A stretch of DNA of 64,000 bases from Callorhinchus milii (GCF_018977255.1 NW_024704742.1:2544001-2608000); one strand, 5' to 3'; numbered from the stretch's first letter, positions 36,916 to 51,884 are shown. Made by a program: numbers and translations. Notes: generated by a model from the sequence alone, not told the origin.

Positions 36916-38094
36916 CTGTGTTAATGTGGTATGCCTCTCTTTTATACTCAATTATTTTATATCAATCCTATCTGCCTTTTCGTGGGCTTTTCTACATACA
37001 CTCCGATCCTCATTATGAGGTGAAAGGTACCATTAAAACTGGGATGAATTGCACTGCCTTTCCTCCGAGTGTGATTTATGTCATTTATAAACCGACAGCT
37101 GAGCCAAAACATCGGCAGTCTTCCTCTCCTGCCGGAGGAAAGGGTAGTAGTAATAATAATAATAGAAGTTTATAGATATTAAGAGGTACTTTTGCATGGC
37201 GTGTTATGGGCTATTGGATCATATTTTACTCAGTAGAGGCCTGGTAAATTATCTATTAATCCTAAATATCCGTGTCACTGTGGTTTTCCCACCACTATCT
37301 TCTTCGTGACATCTCTGATTTGCCTCGCATCTACCTGTGTGTGCTTCAGTGGTCCTCCCCATTTCCCTGCCTATTCCACGTCCTACTTGGTGCGCAAGTG
37401 GGCGCCAGCGGTGCTGAGTGTTGGTGGGTTTAAGCATCAGATGACAAAACTGGACAGGAGTACTTTAGCTTCTAATCATCTTAACGTATCAGATTGGAAA
37501 AAGGCTGAGCTCTGTCACTGAGATTGTCGAACACTAGTGAGCCTCCTGCAGAGGCTTCCTGTCGGCACTAATCTTCCCAGCTGACACCAACACATATTGC
37601 AAGCACCGCGATAAAATAATCTACGATACATTTTCAGCCCCATTGAGCACTTCTGTGCGCATATCATGCTTCGTAAGATGTCTGGGGATGAAATTCATCA
37701 GTAAAAAGGTAAGGATTTAATGTGCGTAAAATGCTGACTTATTGGTTTCAATAAAACATTGTTTTAAACTCACATTATATTTTTTGCTGGGAAAGGTCTG
37801 AGCGGCCTACAGCAATGTATGTCCCTGTATTGACTAAAACGTTGTTACGGTGTTATTTTCTGTATTTAAATCACCAGTAAAAGCCTGCTGCCGGAGACCG
37901 GAGGGAAAGGAACGTGTGGAAGTCTAAGATTCGCCCACAAAATATACAGTCAGTTCACTTCACAGTGTGTTCTGTGAAGCGCTTTGGGACGTCCTCCCGA
38001 CGTGAAAAGCGCTATATCAAATGCGAGGATTATTATTATTATTATTATTATTCTGTGAAGCGCTTTGAGACGTCTCGAAGATGTGACGAGGCAC

Positions 38095-38396
38095 AATCCT
38101 TGCATTTGATATAACGCTTTTCACGTCGGGAGGACGTCACAGAACACACTGTAAAGTGAATTGACTGTATATTTGTGGGCGAACGCAGCAGCCAATTGCG
38201 CACAGCAATGTCCCACAAACAGTCATATGGATTGAAAATGACCAATTTATTATTGTTTTGTTTTTTTGGAGGGATTATTATTAGGCTCTGTGTGGAGTAA
38301 GGAAACTTGCCCAAGGTTTCGCCCTCTGCCTGGAATTGAACCCAGGGGTCTCGCTTGCAAAGCGAGTGCTCAAACCACTGAGCTACAGGACTCCAC
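38095..38396 (-). mobile_element. Young tRNA-SINE short subfamily, tail-to-tail with + strand SINE tails at 37931-38092
   Basis: Reverse complement of 19817-20141 with a short tail deletion. Confidence 0.93.
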
Positions 38397-39605
38397 TTGC
38401 GCACAGCAGCGTCTCCACAAAAGGCCGTGGATTGAAATGACCAAATTATTATTTTTTTCTTGAGGGATGATTAATGGAGCTCCATTCAATGCATCGAATG
38501 GAAAGCTGGCTAATCTCGCACCGTGAGCAAACACCAGCAACGTTTCCAAACACAACTGACAGCAATACAATTCATTGCAATACTGACAGCTTCCAATGTT
38601 CTTTATGATGAAACAATTTCCGTTTGATCTGTTATTTATGACCCTTTAGCACAATGGCTTGAACCAGTAACTACAGTTACTACTAGATGTTTAGGGTCCG
38701 AGTAGACTCTCGATGTATTTACGATCATCACGTAAATCACCCTCACGACTATCCTCCCTTAGCCTCAGACGATCTTAATGGGCTATTTTGTTAACATGCC
38801 AGCATGCAAATCAGAGCGGAAACAGATACAGAACCATCTGAAAGGAGCTAATTATAAACAACAATACACCACGATACAAAATCAATACCAAGATCAAATT
38901 TGAAGCAAACACAGACTATGTGATGGAGGTATTAAAACTAGAGTTTTATATTCCGCCAGCTATAGTCATGTGTCGGGGTCTAAATTTAATTCACAGCGGA
39001 TCATTCCAGTGGGGAAGAGCAACACCAACTCAGACATGATAGTCTGAAAGGTCTGTTCTGTGCTACAAACATCCTGTGATTCTATGAAGGTCGTAATCAT
39101 AAGAGTAAACCTTACATTTGATATCGCATTTTTTCCTGTCGGAGGGAAATGTCCCAAAGCGCTTCACAGGACATGCTGCAAAGTGGGGTGACTGTGTATT
39201 TTGTAGGAGAACGCTGTACAGCAGTGCCCCAGAAACAGTCATGAAGCGAATGACCAATTTTATTGACAAGCCAATTCAAGGTGACGATGAGAAATGGAGA
39301 CTGGTCACATTGACGTTTGAGTCCTGAAACAATAGAGTCAGTTGTGAGTGTTCAGACCTGTGGTCTGTCACTGAATTCTGATGAAGTTATCCTTGTTGGA
39401 ATAAACTGCTGTTGAGTGCAGCAGAAGATAAAAGTGCAAAGTCCTTCAAAAGAAAACACTTGGTAGATTTGACCCAGCAAGAGACAAAAGAGATACGGAC
39501 CTAGACCTGGGATTAGATAATAGGACAGAAGATTGAAATGGACTTAATACTACAATATCAGACAGGCTTTGGTTGGAAGTGGAGACTTAGGCAGAAATGG
39601 AGTCA

Positions 39606-39932
39606 ATATCATTATAATAACAATTCTTGCACTTGATGCAGTGCTGTATCACGTCTTCAAGACATCTCAAAGCGCTTTACAGAATATGCTGCAATATATA
39701 TTTTGTGGGCGAAACGCGGCAGCCAATTGTGCACAGCAGTGTCCCACAAACAGTCGTGGATTGAGTGACCAAATTAATAATATTTTTTTTTGGAAGGGAT
39801 TATTAACCCCTGCCAATCAACTAACAACTGGGTTCCTGCTTACTGCTAGGTAAACAGAGGTGTGTGGAGTAAGGAAACTTGCCTGATTTGTCGCCCTGCC
39901 AGGATGCAAGTGGTCTAACCGCTAAGCTACGG
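39606..39932 (-). mobile_element. tRNA-SINE long subfamily
   Basis: Tail, Deu-like segment and middle domain intact; head partly deleted. Confidence 0.85.
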
Positions 39933-41984
39933 TTTTTCTCTCAGTGCCCCGGCCAACAATTCCCCCAAATAAACTTGATCATGGCTGTTTTGGGGACATA
40001 GCTGTGGGCATATTGGCTGCCGTGTTTGCCTATGAACACACAGTCACTGCATTTCACAATAAAGATTTTTGAGACGTCTCATCGACATGATAAGGCTCCG
40101 TATAAAATGCAAAGGATTGTTATCGTTAGGATTATTAAGTTGTGTCATGGAATGTTTAATGTTCTTCAGGCGTGTGACCTCAGTTTAATATCTCATCCGA
40201 AGTATGGCATCTTTTTTAACAAAGAACATTCTTCATTTAAGACATTTTGTACTGTACCTTAGATATGTTAACCTTTAAGACCTAAACTATGTAGGGTATT
40301 GCAAGTCAGAAGGATTTTCAATATCTTTCTTAAAATAGACGGAATATCCATTTTATTATCCTTATGAAAATCTTTAAGCAGCTGTTATTGTATATTTAGG
40401 GCACGGTGTTGCTCACTGTTCTTCTTTCTGTATTTTTTTCGCTCCTTCCCTCACTGCAAACTGGCACTTAATGACTTTCCATGTCACCGCATTTTTGATC
40501 CCATTAGATGTAAAATCTGATTGAAAATATTACGAAGCACGGGATCCAAAATGGCACATTTTGCCTCAAATTTATTGCAAGATTAATTGAATCAAACAGC
40601 AACATTAAACACTGTAGTCTCCATGGAAACCGCAGTCCCTGTCCATTAAACACAAGAAATGAAGAATTTATCAAGCATGAAGGCAAAAATGAGGGAAATC
40701 TTTCATACTTCAATATACAAATCTCCGACTGGAGAAAAATGTTGCTCTCGCTAATTGCGCCAGTTATGAAGCAAACCGCCTGGTTCGGTATCGTAAGAGG
40801 AATCGAATTTTGTCTCGCTGACTGCTTGAATAGCAGAATGTACAAGGCCACCGCGACAATTTACATGCATACAGCGCCTTTCGCGTCGAAAGGTCGTCAC
40901 GAAGCACTTCGCACCGCGCACGTGAGCTTGGGGGTGGGGAAGGTGGCTGAAAGTGCGGTCAGTATCTTGGTCTTTAAGGGGGCTTTACAGCTGGAGAGGG
41001 AGGGGACAAGGTAGGGGGAGTTCCAGAGACCGGGGGCAGAACGACGAAATGCTCGTGTCGGTGACCATCGATTAGCGATAGAAAACTGTATTTCAGCGCT
41101 CGAAGTGTTTCCAGTATAGCGTAGGGCACAACACACCCAAGCACTATAAACAGACCCATGCTTTTGACCACGTCTTCAACCATCTACCAACTACTCCCCC
41201 CGTGATCTGCCGCTCCACCTTTGTAAAGGGCTTTGACACATCCCCCTACTCGAAACCCTCTGCATAAGTGCAACGTGTCGTTCTGCTGTCTTTGGAAATG
41301 ATGGCGTTGCGTTGGGATACGTAAAGCTCATTGCTTTAACACTTTTGCTCTGCAACTCTTTCGTTCACCGAGCCTTAAAAGCGTAGGCATTTTTGCCATC
41401 GGTAAGAACCGCATTTGTCAATCTGGAGAGTTCCATCACCTGAAGCATTACGGTTCAACTCCTTTATGATTGTGCGGATTGAGCAAAGCGGGCCTCGGTT
41501 CAGCTGATTAGCTTTGAACTGATTTGAAACAAACCGAGTTCAGTGAGTCGGTTGCAATTTGGCACATTAATCACTTCCTCTGAAAAATCGATGGCTTGAT
41601 GTGGCATTGCCGCAGCTCTTTATTTCCATCAAGACGCTTATTTGAATTTGCCCCTGTTTTTGAGGCACTGTTTCTCCCCGCCTGCTCTGACGAGTCAGCA
41701 ACCACCCGCGTTATTCCCTGATGTTGACAGCAGGCAGACACCCAGCTTGTTCCTTGCCCTTTTTTCCTAATGCAGCTCCTGAACTTGCACTGCGAAATTT
41801 CCGTTGGGGGAAAACTGCTGGCCTGAGCTCAGTTTTTTTGCAGAATCGAGCACGCAGAGAATAATAATCCAGGAGGTTCCAGGAGTCTTTTGTTTTTGTT
41901 AAAACGGTCAGCAGGAAGACCGCGAACTGTGATTAAAAGGAAAGGGGTGTGAATGGGAAACTTATCCCTCCTGGTAATATTTAA

Positions 41985-42255
41985 TTAGATAAAATATAAT
42001 ATATTTATATTAAGTATAAATATATTTATAGATACATTCATATAAATATATACATTATATATAATTATATATTATACTATAATAATATTATAGTATTATC
42101 CTGTTCAGAGGGATAATGCTATAACAATGTAATATAATAATATACAATATATATAATATAATATAATATTTCATATAAATATAACATATAATTATATATT
42201 ATAATATAATAATATTATAGTATTATCCTATTCAGAGGGATAATACTATAATAAT
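41985..42255. repeat. AT-rich low-complexity tract with a duplicated ~127 bp unit
   Basis: Almost pure A/T; tattatagtattatcct(g/a)ttcagagggataat occurs twice. Confidence 0.85.
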
Positions 42256-43825
42256 CTCAGAGACCTTGGGATATTACCCCGACGTGAAAGGCACTATATA
42301 AATGCAATTTGTTGTTGTTATTGTTGTTGTAATGATCCTTGCATTTGATATAGCACCATATCACTTAATCCCTTCAAAATAATAATAACAATAATTTGAT
42401 CAAGACTGTTTGTGGGTCACTGACTGCTGTGCGCAATGGGCTTCCGCGTTTTGCCCACAAGATAGTCATTTCACGTTCCAGTATATTCTGTGAAGTTCTG
42501 TCAGACAGGGGACAACAGGACGAAAACAGGAGGAAAACACAACACCCGTCTATGAAGTTATATTTCAAATACCTCGTGGCCATTTGGACAGTCATTCCTC
42601 CTTATCTGGGTCACGACGCGTACACTTAATTGATTCTCCACAGGAAGGAAATGTCCAGATCACAGCATCTTTTGATGTCCAAATGAACTGAACTCAATTG
42701 GAACATATCCCAAAACAGTCAACGGATAGAAAGTCATCGGGACGAAAGCGTATATGCCTTTGAATGTACTTAACTGAAAGAAAATGCAAGTGATTGTTGT
42801 TGTTTTCCTGAATTTATCGGGCTTCTTTTGCCTTCCAATAGGGGATGGCTCAGCCATGCCGACAGCCCTACAGTTGACTTCCAGTTCCTTGCCCCTGTGA
42901 TTGCAATTTGTGAGTGAGCGTTGCCAATGAGCCATGGCAGGATTCTTAACTGTAGGGGCTTATATATCATCTGCCCTCACTCAATGTCTATATGTGTGCG
43001 TTCAGGCGGGAAGTCACTGGACAGTCAGAAACGTAGGAATGAGAACCTTGCTTGACTTAGTTGGTAGTAAACTCTCGTCTCCAATTCAGGGGGTTGTAGG
43101 TTCAAAAGGACTCAGATTTCGTGTTGTAGAGGGCAATTTCTGGAGACACACAAGAGCTTCATCGCTGCAAGGCGTGCAGTGCCCACATCTGGCAACCTAT
43201 ACTATTTTAATAGCCGGAGCATGTTATTTTAATTCCGGATCATTAATTATTTAGTGTTATCAGGGTCTTCAAACAGCGTGTGGATTTCTGTACCCAAAGG
43301 GTTTTGTTGTGTTCTTTTGGCTTAGTCAGCAGCAATCTGGGGTCTGCAACAGAAGGTTGGGGGTTCAATCCCTGATTCTGACTTGAACTCATAGTCTAGG
43401 CTGGTGCTACAGTACAGTATCGAGGGGAGATATTTCAGATGAGACCACCCCCCAACACCTCGAGGTGCTGTCTGCCTGGATCTTAAAGATCTTGTGACAG
43501 TATTTGAACAGAGAGGGGATTAATTGGTCATTCACCTCATGGCTATTTGTGGGGCCTTATTTCACAAGTAATCACTGTAAAGAGTCGTGACTTGTTTGAC
43601 ACCAAAAAAAAAGTTGAGGAACTTGACGTTAATTACTTATGAAGTGCTTTGAGGCGTTTCAATCTGATAAGGTGTGTGAAAATGCTCGTTCATTCTTTAA
43701 TCACAATGTTGTGTGGACAGCAGGAATTTAAATAAGGCAGAAAATATTCATTCTTTCTATTAAAAAAAACACGATGAGCAGAAATTTCTCGTTCTGCTTT
43801 AAATCTGAATTTCCCCAAATCTTAA

Positions 43826-44035
43826 TTATAATCCTTGCATTTGATACAGCGCCTTATCACGTCTTCGAGATGTCTCAAAGCGCTTCACAGAATGCACTGT
43901 GAAGTGAATTGACTATATATTTTGTGGGCAAATGCAGCAGCCAATTGTGCACAGCAGCGTCCCCACAAACATTTGCGGATTGAAGTGACCAAATTATTAT
44001 TATTATTATTATTTTTTGAAGGAATTATTACTCCG
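43826..44035 (-). mobile_element. tRNA-SINE 3' half, followed by an L2 3' fragment (about 44060-44230, minus strand)
   Basis: aatccttgcatttgatacagcgcc..gcagccaattgtgcacagc motifs. Confidence 0.85.
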
Positions 44036-44327
44036 GATAAAGAGACACTTGACAGTCCTGGCTTGGCACCTGGTGGGGGGGGTGGGAGCCTAGGGGTGTG
44101 GGGGGGATGATGGAGGGGGAGATGACCGAAAGCGCGGTCAAAGTGGTAGGTTTTGAAGTGGACCTTGAATGAGGGAAGAGAAGGGGCGAGTCGGAGGGAT
44201 TCTGGGATCGTGTGCTTGAGAGTACGGGAAGATAGGCTGAAAGCGTGAGCACCGATAGAACAATGCCAGTGGAGTAAAACTGTCTTAATAAAACATTAAA
44301 AGCAATCTGGTTTTGTTCTTGTTGCAG

Positions 44328-44466
44328 GTGGGGAGGTCCCCTACACAACTTTAGCCACTCGAATGATGATGGGAGTTTGGTGGCTCTTTGCTCTCATAGT
44401 TATATCTTCCTACACAGCAAACCTGGCTGCCTTCCTTACCATCAACCGCATTGAAACCTCCATACA
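44328..44466 (+). CDS. GRID2: GluD2 coding exon (exon 12 equivalent, M3 with SYTANLAAF gate)
   Basis: Not in the ORF track on the + strand. ttgttcttgttgcag acceptor and gtaagt donor at 44467. 139 bp, phase 1/2. (G)[45 protein letters not shown](Q); the Lurcher-site Ala (A654) is wild type. Confidence 0.97.
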
Positions 44467-47400
44467 GTAAGTATATATATATATATACACACATTGCATA
44501 CAAGGTAATCACAACGACTTCCTTCTAAACTTCAAGCTGCTTTTCTTGCTGCAGTTAGATTGATGATTTATAGTTCATGGGGAAAAAAAGATGTAATTGA
44601 ACAAAACTAAATCTTGTTTCATGATTTGTCCTGGCAACACAACTAAGGTGAATGCAAATGAACATGAAACTCTCCTTTCAATCTACACCCATTCTAAAGT
44701 CGTTCTTGTTACACGGTAATTATTGGATACCTGCTTTGGTCCTGTTAAATGATGAACACCTGATTTGTTAAATTTACACATTTTGTCATGGTCACAGTCC
44801 AATTACATACAATACCTTCTATTTAACATGGCTTAACAAACTGCAGCAAGCTCAAAGTAATTGCAGTCTTAGACTTAGCTCAAAGTAATTGCAGTCTTAC
44901 ATGGTGTAGCAAAGCTTTCATGAGAGTAATGTAAACTACCATGGAAATGATCCACGCAAAAACTTACCCACATTTCACAGTGAATTCCTGAGTGGCAATT
45001 CTGAATAAAATGCAATGAACGGTTATTCACTGAGCAGAATTAATGAATCCTGTTATTTAGAATTCCAAAACACCAGCCCAGCTCCTATTGAACGCAGGTA
45101 TAATTATTATTAATTCTAGATTTTCGACTGTAGCTGAAGCTTTAATGGTGAAAGGCCGGAGACCATACTGCAGAACACAATCTGTGATATTGTTCGTCAA
45201 TGAGTGTAATAAATCTATTACGATACCTTACTATACAAATTTACATTTATATAGGGCCTTTCATGCAGAAAGAATGTCCCAAAGCACTAACCCACACTGG
45301 CTGGGCACTCATTACAATTGTTGTTTTGCCTTTTTAAAAGCTAGTTTATTTTATTGGTTAACCTTTCCACGCAAAGCAACTTTTTCCTATCTTCATGCCC
45401 CTGAAATCACACCTTTGCTCTGACAGACTATGAGCAAATAGCCTACTCCTCGACCTTTGAAGTTAGTCATGAATTGCTGCCCAGTAACATTGCCACAGTC
45501 CATGTTCGCACAGCAATATCACCCAAATCGCAATATCCAGGGACTTGTGAGGAGAATCCCCACTTCTCTTTTGAAGTAGTGCCATGGGATCTTCATCGTT
45601 CCACCTGAAGGCACAGACACCCCGGGCCTTAGTTTAGTGCCCCGTCCAAAGGACGCAAGCTCTCAAACATGCAAAGACATCTGATTAAAATGTCAGGAGA
45701 GGAGGCGAGCGGGTATACCATTAGGTCCAATTGTTCTTCTGCTCCAATTATTCAGGGTCCGTGGAATGGAGAATTGGATGTTGGCTGCCTCATCCAAACA
45801 CACACATACCCACACGCACACGCACACACACGCTCACTCACCGGTGACAGCTGGTGCTGATCGCATGCACACTGTACAGTGTTTTTGCTCTGTATTTTGT
45901 CAACCAGATGAAACCTGGCAGATGGCTCTGCCACACCATGCCGCTCAATAGACTAATTTCTTGAGTTCTGCTGCTTCAGTGGGTGCTACTGTTCAGCTCG
46001 GCAGGATCACCAACCTCTATTGTCTGTGATTATCTGGTCTGCACGTTCTTCGATCACTGCTTCCAACGGCTCTGGATGTTCAGTAAGGATATGGTTTGAC
46101 TTGTTGCACTACTCTTGCTGGCCTATTAGGGAGTAATTTCCTTTCAGCGTCCTGTGTGGTGCGCTGTGCGTGAAATCGCTGAGGCCGATTTAAATCCGCT
46201 TTTGGGGATGCTGTTTTTGCAGTAATACCCTTAGTGAAAAAAATATTGTTAGTTTCACGTATCTGGCCGGTCTGATGTTGCACATCTCAAACCTTCAGTA
46301 TGGTTCCTTATGATTTGTCTGCATTGGAGACTAAAATGGAACAATGCCAATCCTGGACTTGCTGCATTAATTGTGGTTTCCAGTTTGCATCTTCTTTCCT
46401 GACATGAAAAGCACTCTTGTCAAATTCGAGGATTATTATTTATTATTCTTATAGGGCATCTGCGCTTAACGTGCAGTAAGTATCAGCAGGGATCTGTTGG
46501 CCCAGAGGCTGTCCATTTGCGGGCATGGGAAACCAGGGCGACAGTGCCGGGAAACTGGGTCTCCTACACTCCCACAGGAGACCTACACTGTCAGCAGAAC
46601 CACATTGAACAGGACTATCATCGGGATCTAGAATTAACATATATCACATCATCACATAATAGATTTCACTCCCATCCTCCTACCCCCCCCGCCCCCACCT
46701 CACCCCATTGATCTCTGAGTTTCTCTCTAGAAGTTCTCATTCTCCTGCATTTTTTTTTACAATTGAATTCACAACACTGTCCTTTTTTTCAAGCCCCCAA
46801 TCGAAACCAATATGAAGTGGGCAATGTAAACCAAGCATTTTGCTCCTCAAACACTTTCCTGCCAGACGTGAAGCGGCACAGACAAACGATTTGCTCTTAC
46901 AAGCAGTTTGATTCTCGTTAAATGTATAGAAGGAAATACCTATGAAGCGAACGCTTACAGCTTCTTCCTGAATCTGATGTCTCAAAGTGTCTTATAGATC
47001 GTTAAGTACAGTGTTTGTGCATTGGGAGGCGAATGCAGCGTCCAAATTGCACCCAGCGATGTCTCACAGTAAATACTCGAAGACCAATGTACCTGGAGGA
47101 TTGTTGGCCAGGACATGGATAGAAACTTCCTTCTCTTTCAAATAGTGTCATAGGTTATTTCGTGTCTACCAGAGCTAACGCTTGGGACCTCGGTTGAACA
47201 TCCCAACTTAACTCTGACAATGTAGGGCTCCCCCATTACTGGTCTGGAACGTCACACTGATTCCTGCCTAAAGATTTGCACCAAGAAAAAGTAATACCTA
47301 CTGTGCTCGGGTGTTGTTGTTGTTTACCATTCCCCACCCCTCCATTATCACCCCCCTCTCCCCCCACCCGCCGCCCCCCTTTCCTGAGGGTGTTGACTTA

Positions 47401-49087
47401 TATTCTGGAGACGCCAGAAGAATCCTTGAAGAAGAGAAAGATCATTTAAATCCAAACTTTGTGGTGTGTTGAGCATTGTAAATGCATACATGATTTCATA
47501 ATTATTCTGGTTCAGCGGTCACACTGTTAAGGTGCACATTTTATCTCTATCATGAATTTTTAAAATAGAATTACCAAGAAAAGTAGCAACCCTCTTATTA
47601 ATTTAAATCCACGAGCATGGGATTATTATAGTCCACAGGCAAAGCCTCACCTGAAACTCGATGATAAATTATACATTTATTTTTTGAATAGGAGAGAACA
47701 GAAGAAAATAAGAGAGCAACTGTGACTGTTTGGAAGGGAATTTATGCTTCACTGAAGTGTATTTTGTTTTTAAATCGGATTACCTCTACTGAGAAGACAG
47801 AGAGAGGTTGATCTTCATTGGGCACAAACGCCTATTCGGTGTCATAAGAAAAGTCTACCGTGTGGGTCATTCCTGCGTGCAAATCGGCTGCCGTGTTTCA
47901 CCCACAAAATGCACAGTCACTACGGCTTACGGCACACGCTGTGAAGGCTCTTTGAGCTGCCACGAAGACTTGATTAGGCGTGATGTCAAATGCAACGGGT
48001 TATCCTTAGTCGTATTATTTCATATCGGGATGACGTCTCAAAGCACTTCACAGGACTTCCTGTAAAATGTTATTTCTGTGTGTTTTTAGGTGCGCACCGA
48101 CAAATAACTTAGGGAGTGGATATATTCTAAATTGGACAAACTTGAGGCAATTCAGATGTTGGTTAAATGGCTCGGTTTCACATCCGATTACAAAAGGGCG
48201 CATTATACTTGACAAACAATATTGCCATTGCAGAATCAGCGCGTGACTGGACTCAGTAGTCAGCAGTTGTAGAGGTACAGTGTTGAGTTAAGTAAACAAA
48301 AAAGGATTATTTTCAGCCGTCTATCCTCGTGAATCTGTATATTAACTCAAGAGGGCAAGAGAATATGATCACGGTTGGTGTTTAGCAATACCTCGTCCAT
48401 TCGTGTGTTGACTGGCATTATCAAGTGAATTATTGTTTGGCTCCTCTGCTAGTTCCTTGGAATCGTCTCTTCACATCCTCCGCCGTCAACCGTCCTGCAC
48501 TTTCACTGTTGTTTAGCTGTTTTGAGTAGCTTTGCTTTGATAGCAGAAGGTGCAGTCTTGTATTGTGTTACAGCAAAGCTCTTCAGAGGCTTGTTTTCAT
48601 GTGGTCTCTGCTGACTGCCCTCCCTCTCTCCCTATGGGACAGAGGTTCTCTTTACGTCACACTTCATCTCAGTCGAATCTGTCTGAACCAAATCTATCTA
48701 TTCTTCTCTCAGTTGAACCTGAATCAATCTGAATATCCTTTCCCGGGGAATCTAACTTTTCTGAATCAAAGTTCTGATCAATATACCGTTTGAAGCTTGT
48801 TGTATTTTGATACCCTCCCCTAACCCTGCCCCTTTTTGATTGACAGTTGTAAAGACGTGGTCTTTCTCCTCAGAATTTGATGGCCTCTTTGGCTGTTTGG
48901 ACACTTCCAGATCAGGAAACCGGTTATTACAATTGTTAATCCACTCGATCTTTTTGATACCCTTCCTCTAAAGCACCTTCTGGCTCCGAGAGAGTCATCA
49001 TTTAGTAATAAAATATTAATAGAGCAATAATTTGTTTTTGCTTATGCGTTGCTGGTGTGAGCTCCTTAATTTGGAACATACGCACGT

Positions 49088-49240
49088 AAGAAATTACTAG
49101 ACGAGCAAAAGACCAAAGTCCATCGAGTTCACCTTCCACCTTCCTGGAGGTCGCATACGCATATGTCCCGAACTACCTATGTGCTATATCCCCTCATGTT
49201 ATTTCCTAAAAGAAAACTATCTAATCCGTGTATGAAGGAA
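49088..49240 (-). mobile_element. 3' UTR of a second CR1 family
   Basis: gtccatcgagttcaccttccaccttcctggaggtcgc is the reverse complement of the UTR at 63962-64000. Confidence 0.7.
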
Positions 49241-51884
49241 TCGAATCCAAGGTGTTATCTCCCCTTGTTGGCCCCTTTACAAACTGAATCATAAAACAGC
49301 CCTCCTTTAACTCTAGAAACTGCTTTCCTGTTTTTTACCAGTAGACACATCATTATCCCAGTCAATTTCTGGTAAGTTAAAATCTCCCAACTACTGTGGT
49401 TGGTCCCTGACTGTTCGCCTTCCTTGTCTCATCCGACAGTTCTGGATTGAGGCTTTTACCCTGGCTTGGGGGGTGGGGGTGGGGGGGGGTCTATAGCCAA
49501 ACCCCAGTAATAGCTTACCTCCGTTCCCACCTTTTTGCTTGGTGTTAGGTTGGCTTCTTGCTGTAACCCTGACTAGTCGTGTCCGGTTAGTGTCACAAAC
49601 TGAACTCCCTGTAGCTCTCACAAGCTGTCGGCACATTCAGTTACTCATAGACCATTGCACATCCTTACCCACCTGTCCTTGCAATTGGGACCCTGACTAA
49701 ATGTAACCCTTCTTGTACCAATTACTGACCCGCATCACTGATGATCAACTGGAGAGCTCTCTGCAGTCTGATAATGATTTCCGATATTCTGCACCAAGTA
49801 ATGTATGATAGTACTTGGATTTGATAGAGTGCCTCATCACATGCCCATTTCCAAACCCATTTTAATGACATTTCTTAATTAAGAAAAGGAAAATGTTTAG
49901 GAATAGCGCACTTTGGGCCCCATTATTTCAGCTCACTTTGTTGGATTATAAAAGTGGCAAAAACCCAAGTCATATTTAACCGAGGTCTCTTGTTTGTCTG
50001 TCCATGTGGATGATAAAGATCCTGTGGCATTTTCCCGAGAAGAAAAATGTCTCCCGTGGATTCTTTACTCGGTTTGGGTGCAATTGTTTTTTTAAAAAAT
50101 ATGTAAAAGTTCTTATTTTTTTCCTGTCACTGCCTTTTTTTTGGAGATGGTTGAAATACAAGCACTCCTACTTGTGTACCTTGTGTACCTTGTAACAACA
50201 ACAACAACAACAACTTGCATTTACATAGCTCCTTTTGTGTGCGCGATGGTGTCTCAAGAGTGCTTCTATCCCAGAAGTGATTGATAATGAAATACATATC
50301 GCTGGCTGACACGGGAGTAACTTTAGGAAACCTTTATATTTACTGGGGGTGTATTCCTGCTCTGCACCTATGAAACATAGATTATTGGAGTCTTTTGGAT
50401 CGTTTCGAGGAAAATAGCCAGTGCGACAGACTGTAAATGATCAAAACCACAAAGGTAAACGCACTTTCTCCCTAATTGTGTAATATTTGATTCCCTTCCC
50501 ATGAGCAGAATAGTTTGATGATGATTGGAGCAGTCAGCTCTGGAGTTTAAACATAAATAATGCACTCTCCTCATCTCATGTCATTACCATTTCCTCATAC
50601 GGAGCCATTAATGTAGTCCTGTGACTGTAATTGCTCTATAAACTCACCACTGGATCTTTCGCTATTCGCATTATGGCTGGGCTTTCTGACTTGCTAAGTA
50701 GATTAGCTCATGCGTACGGAAGAGAAGAAAACAGTATAGGAGATAGGATTAATTGGGATGGAGACGAGTGTGGAGTATGAACACCAGCGTGGACTGGTTG
50801 GGCTGAATGGCCTGATTCTGTGCTGTACTGCTCTATGTAACCCAAATGGTGTCCTTGTGGTTTTTTTTCCCTAAAACTGCAAAATAAACTCTTGTACTTC
50901 ATTCAGAAATTTAATTCAGAATGTCGCAACCGACCTGTCATGGACGCTTGTAGGAATGCAAGTGAAATCTGTTCGACTGAAGTATCATTGGCTTCGTTAA
51001 GGGGAATGTTCATGCTACTGATATTATCAATATTATCCAATAAAGCTTTTCAATATTATTCAATAAAAGCAGCTGAATGGAAGCTGACGAAGACAAAGTG
51101 TGTGGGACACCAGTTCTGCTGGAGCACTTTCGTTCAGACATTTATAAGGTACAATGACAATGCCACAATAATCAATAGAAGTACTTTACAACAAATCCAC
51201 CACTGATTTGGAGATTTCGAAAGAAATGGTGTTGCGAACTCAGAAACGATTTGGCCAGCGAGACTTTCTTTTTCAAAACCCCCCAAGCAGCGAATCTCTC
51301 AGGAAATGGCTTTTGCGATCCCCGTGAAATTGCCGCCACATTGTAAAACACTTCACCAAGTCCAGCAGTTGTTCTTTCAGATTTGCTGTCAGAAAACCTA
51401 AAACTCTGGAGTCGCCAAAGCCTTGATATTTGCCGACCCCCCCCGCGCCCCCCCCGCCCACCCTAATATTCTCCGGAATTAGGTAAGCAGGTTACGTCCC
51501 TCCAGGGTAGAGAGCGTGCATTTCGTTCGCAACGCAGGGAAATTTCCGTGTGCGGGTGGCATACACATGTGGAATCTGTCCGGTTTCGATTTTCTTCAGC
51601 ACAGTAAGGAGTTCAATACGGTGCCGGTTGGACACCGTTGTTAAACCCAAATGCTCATGTGTTAAATAAGACGAAAACTATAAATGTATTTTAGGAGGGA
51701 GCAAGTTTTGATGCTGATTAATTGGAAGCGAGGGTAAGTTCAAATGTTTGACTCTCCCTGGCTGATATATCTATTTATTTGATCTTTTCTTTGTTTTTGC
51801 CTTCAGCGGTAAGTGGCGATGAACTTGCTGATAAAGCACTTTTGGCGGTTACTGGTATTCGTTGCTGTCTATTTAATGGCTAAT

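Noticed and set aside
44849..44900. 28-bp tandem duplication (agctcaaagtaattgcagtctta x2)
   Set aside because: Ordinary local duplication with no evidence of function.
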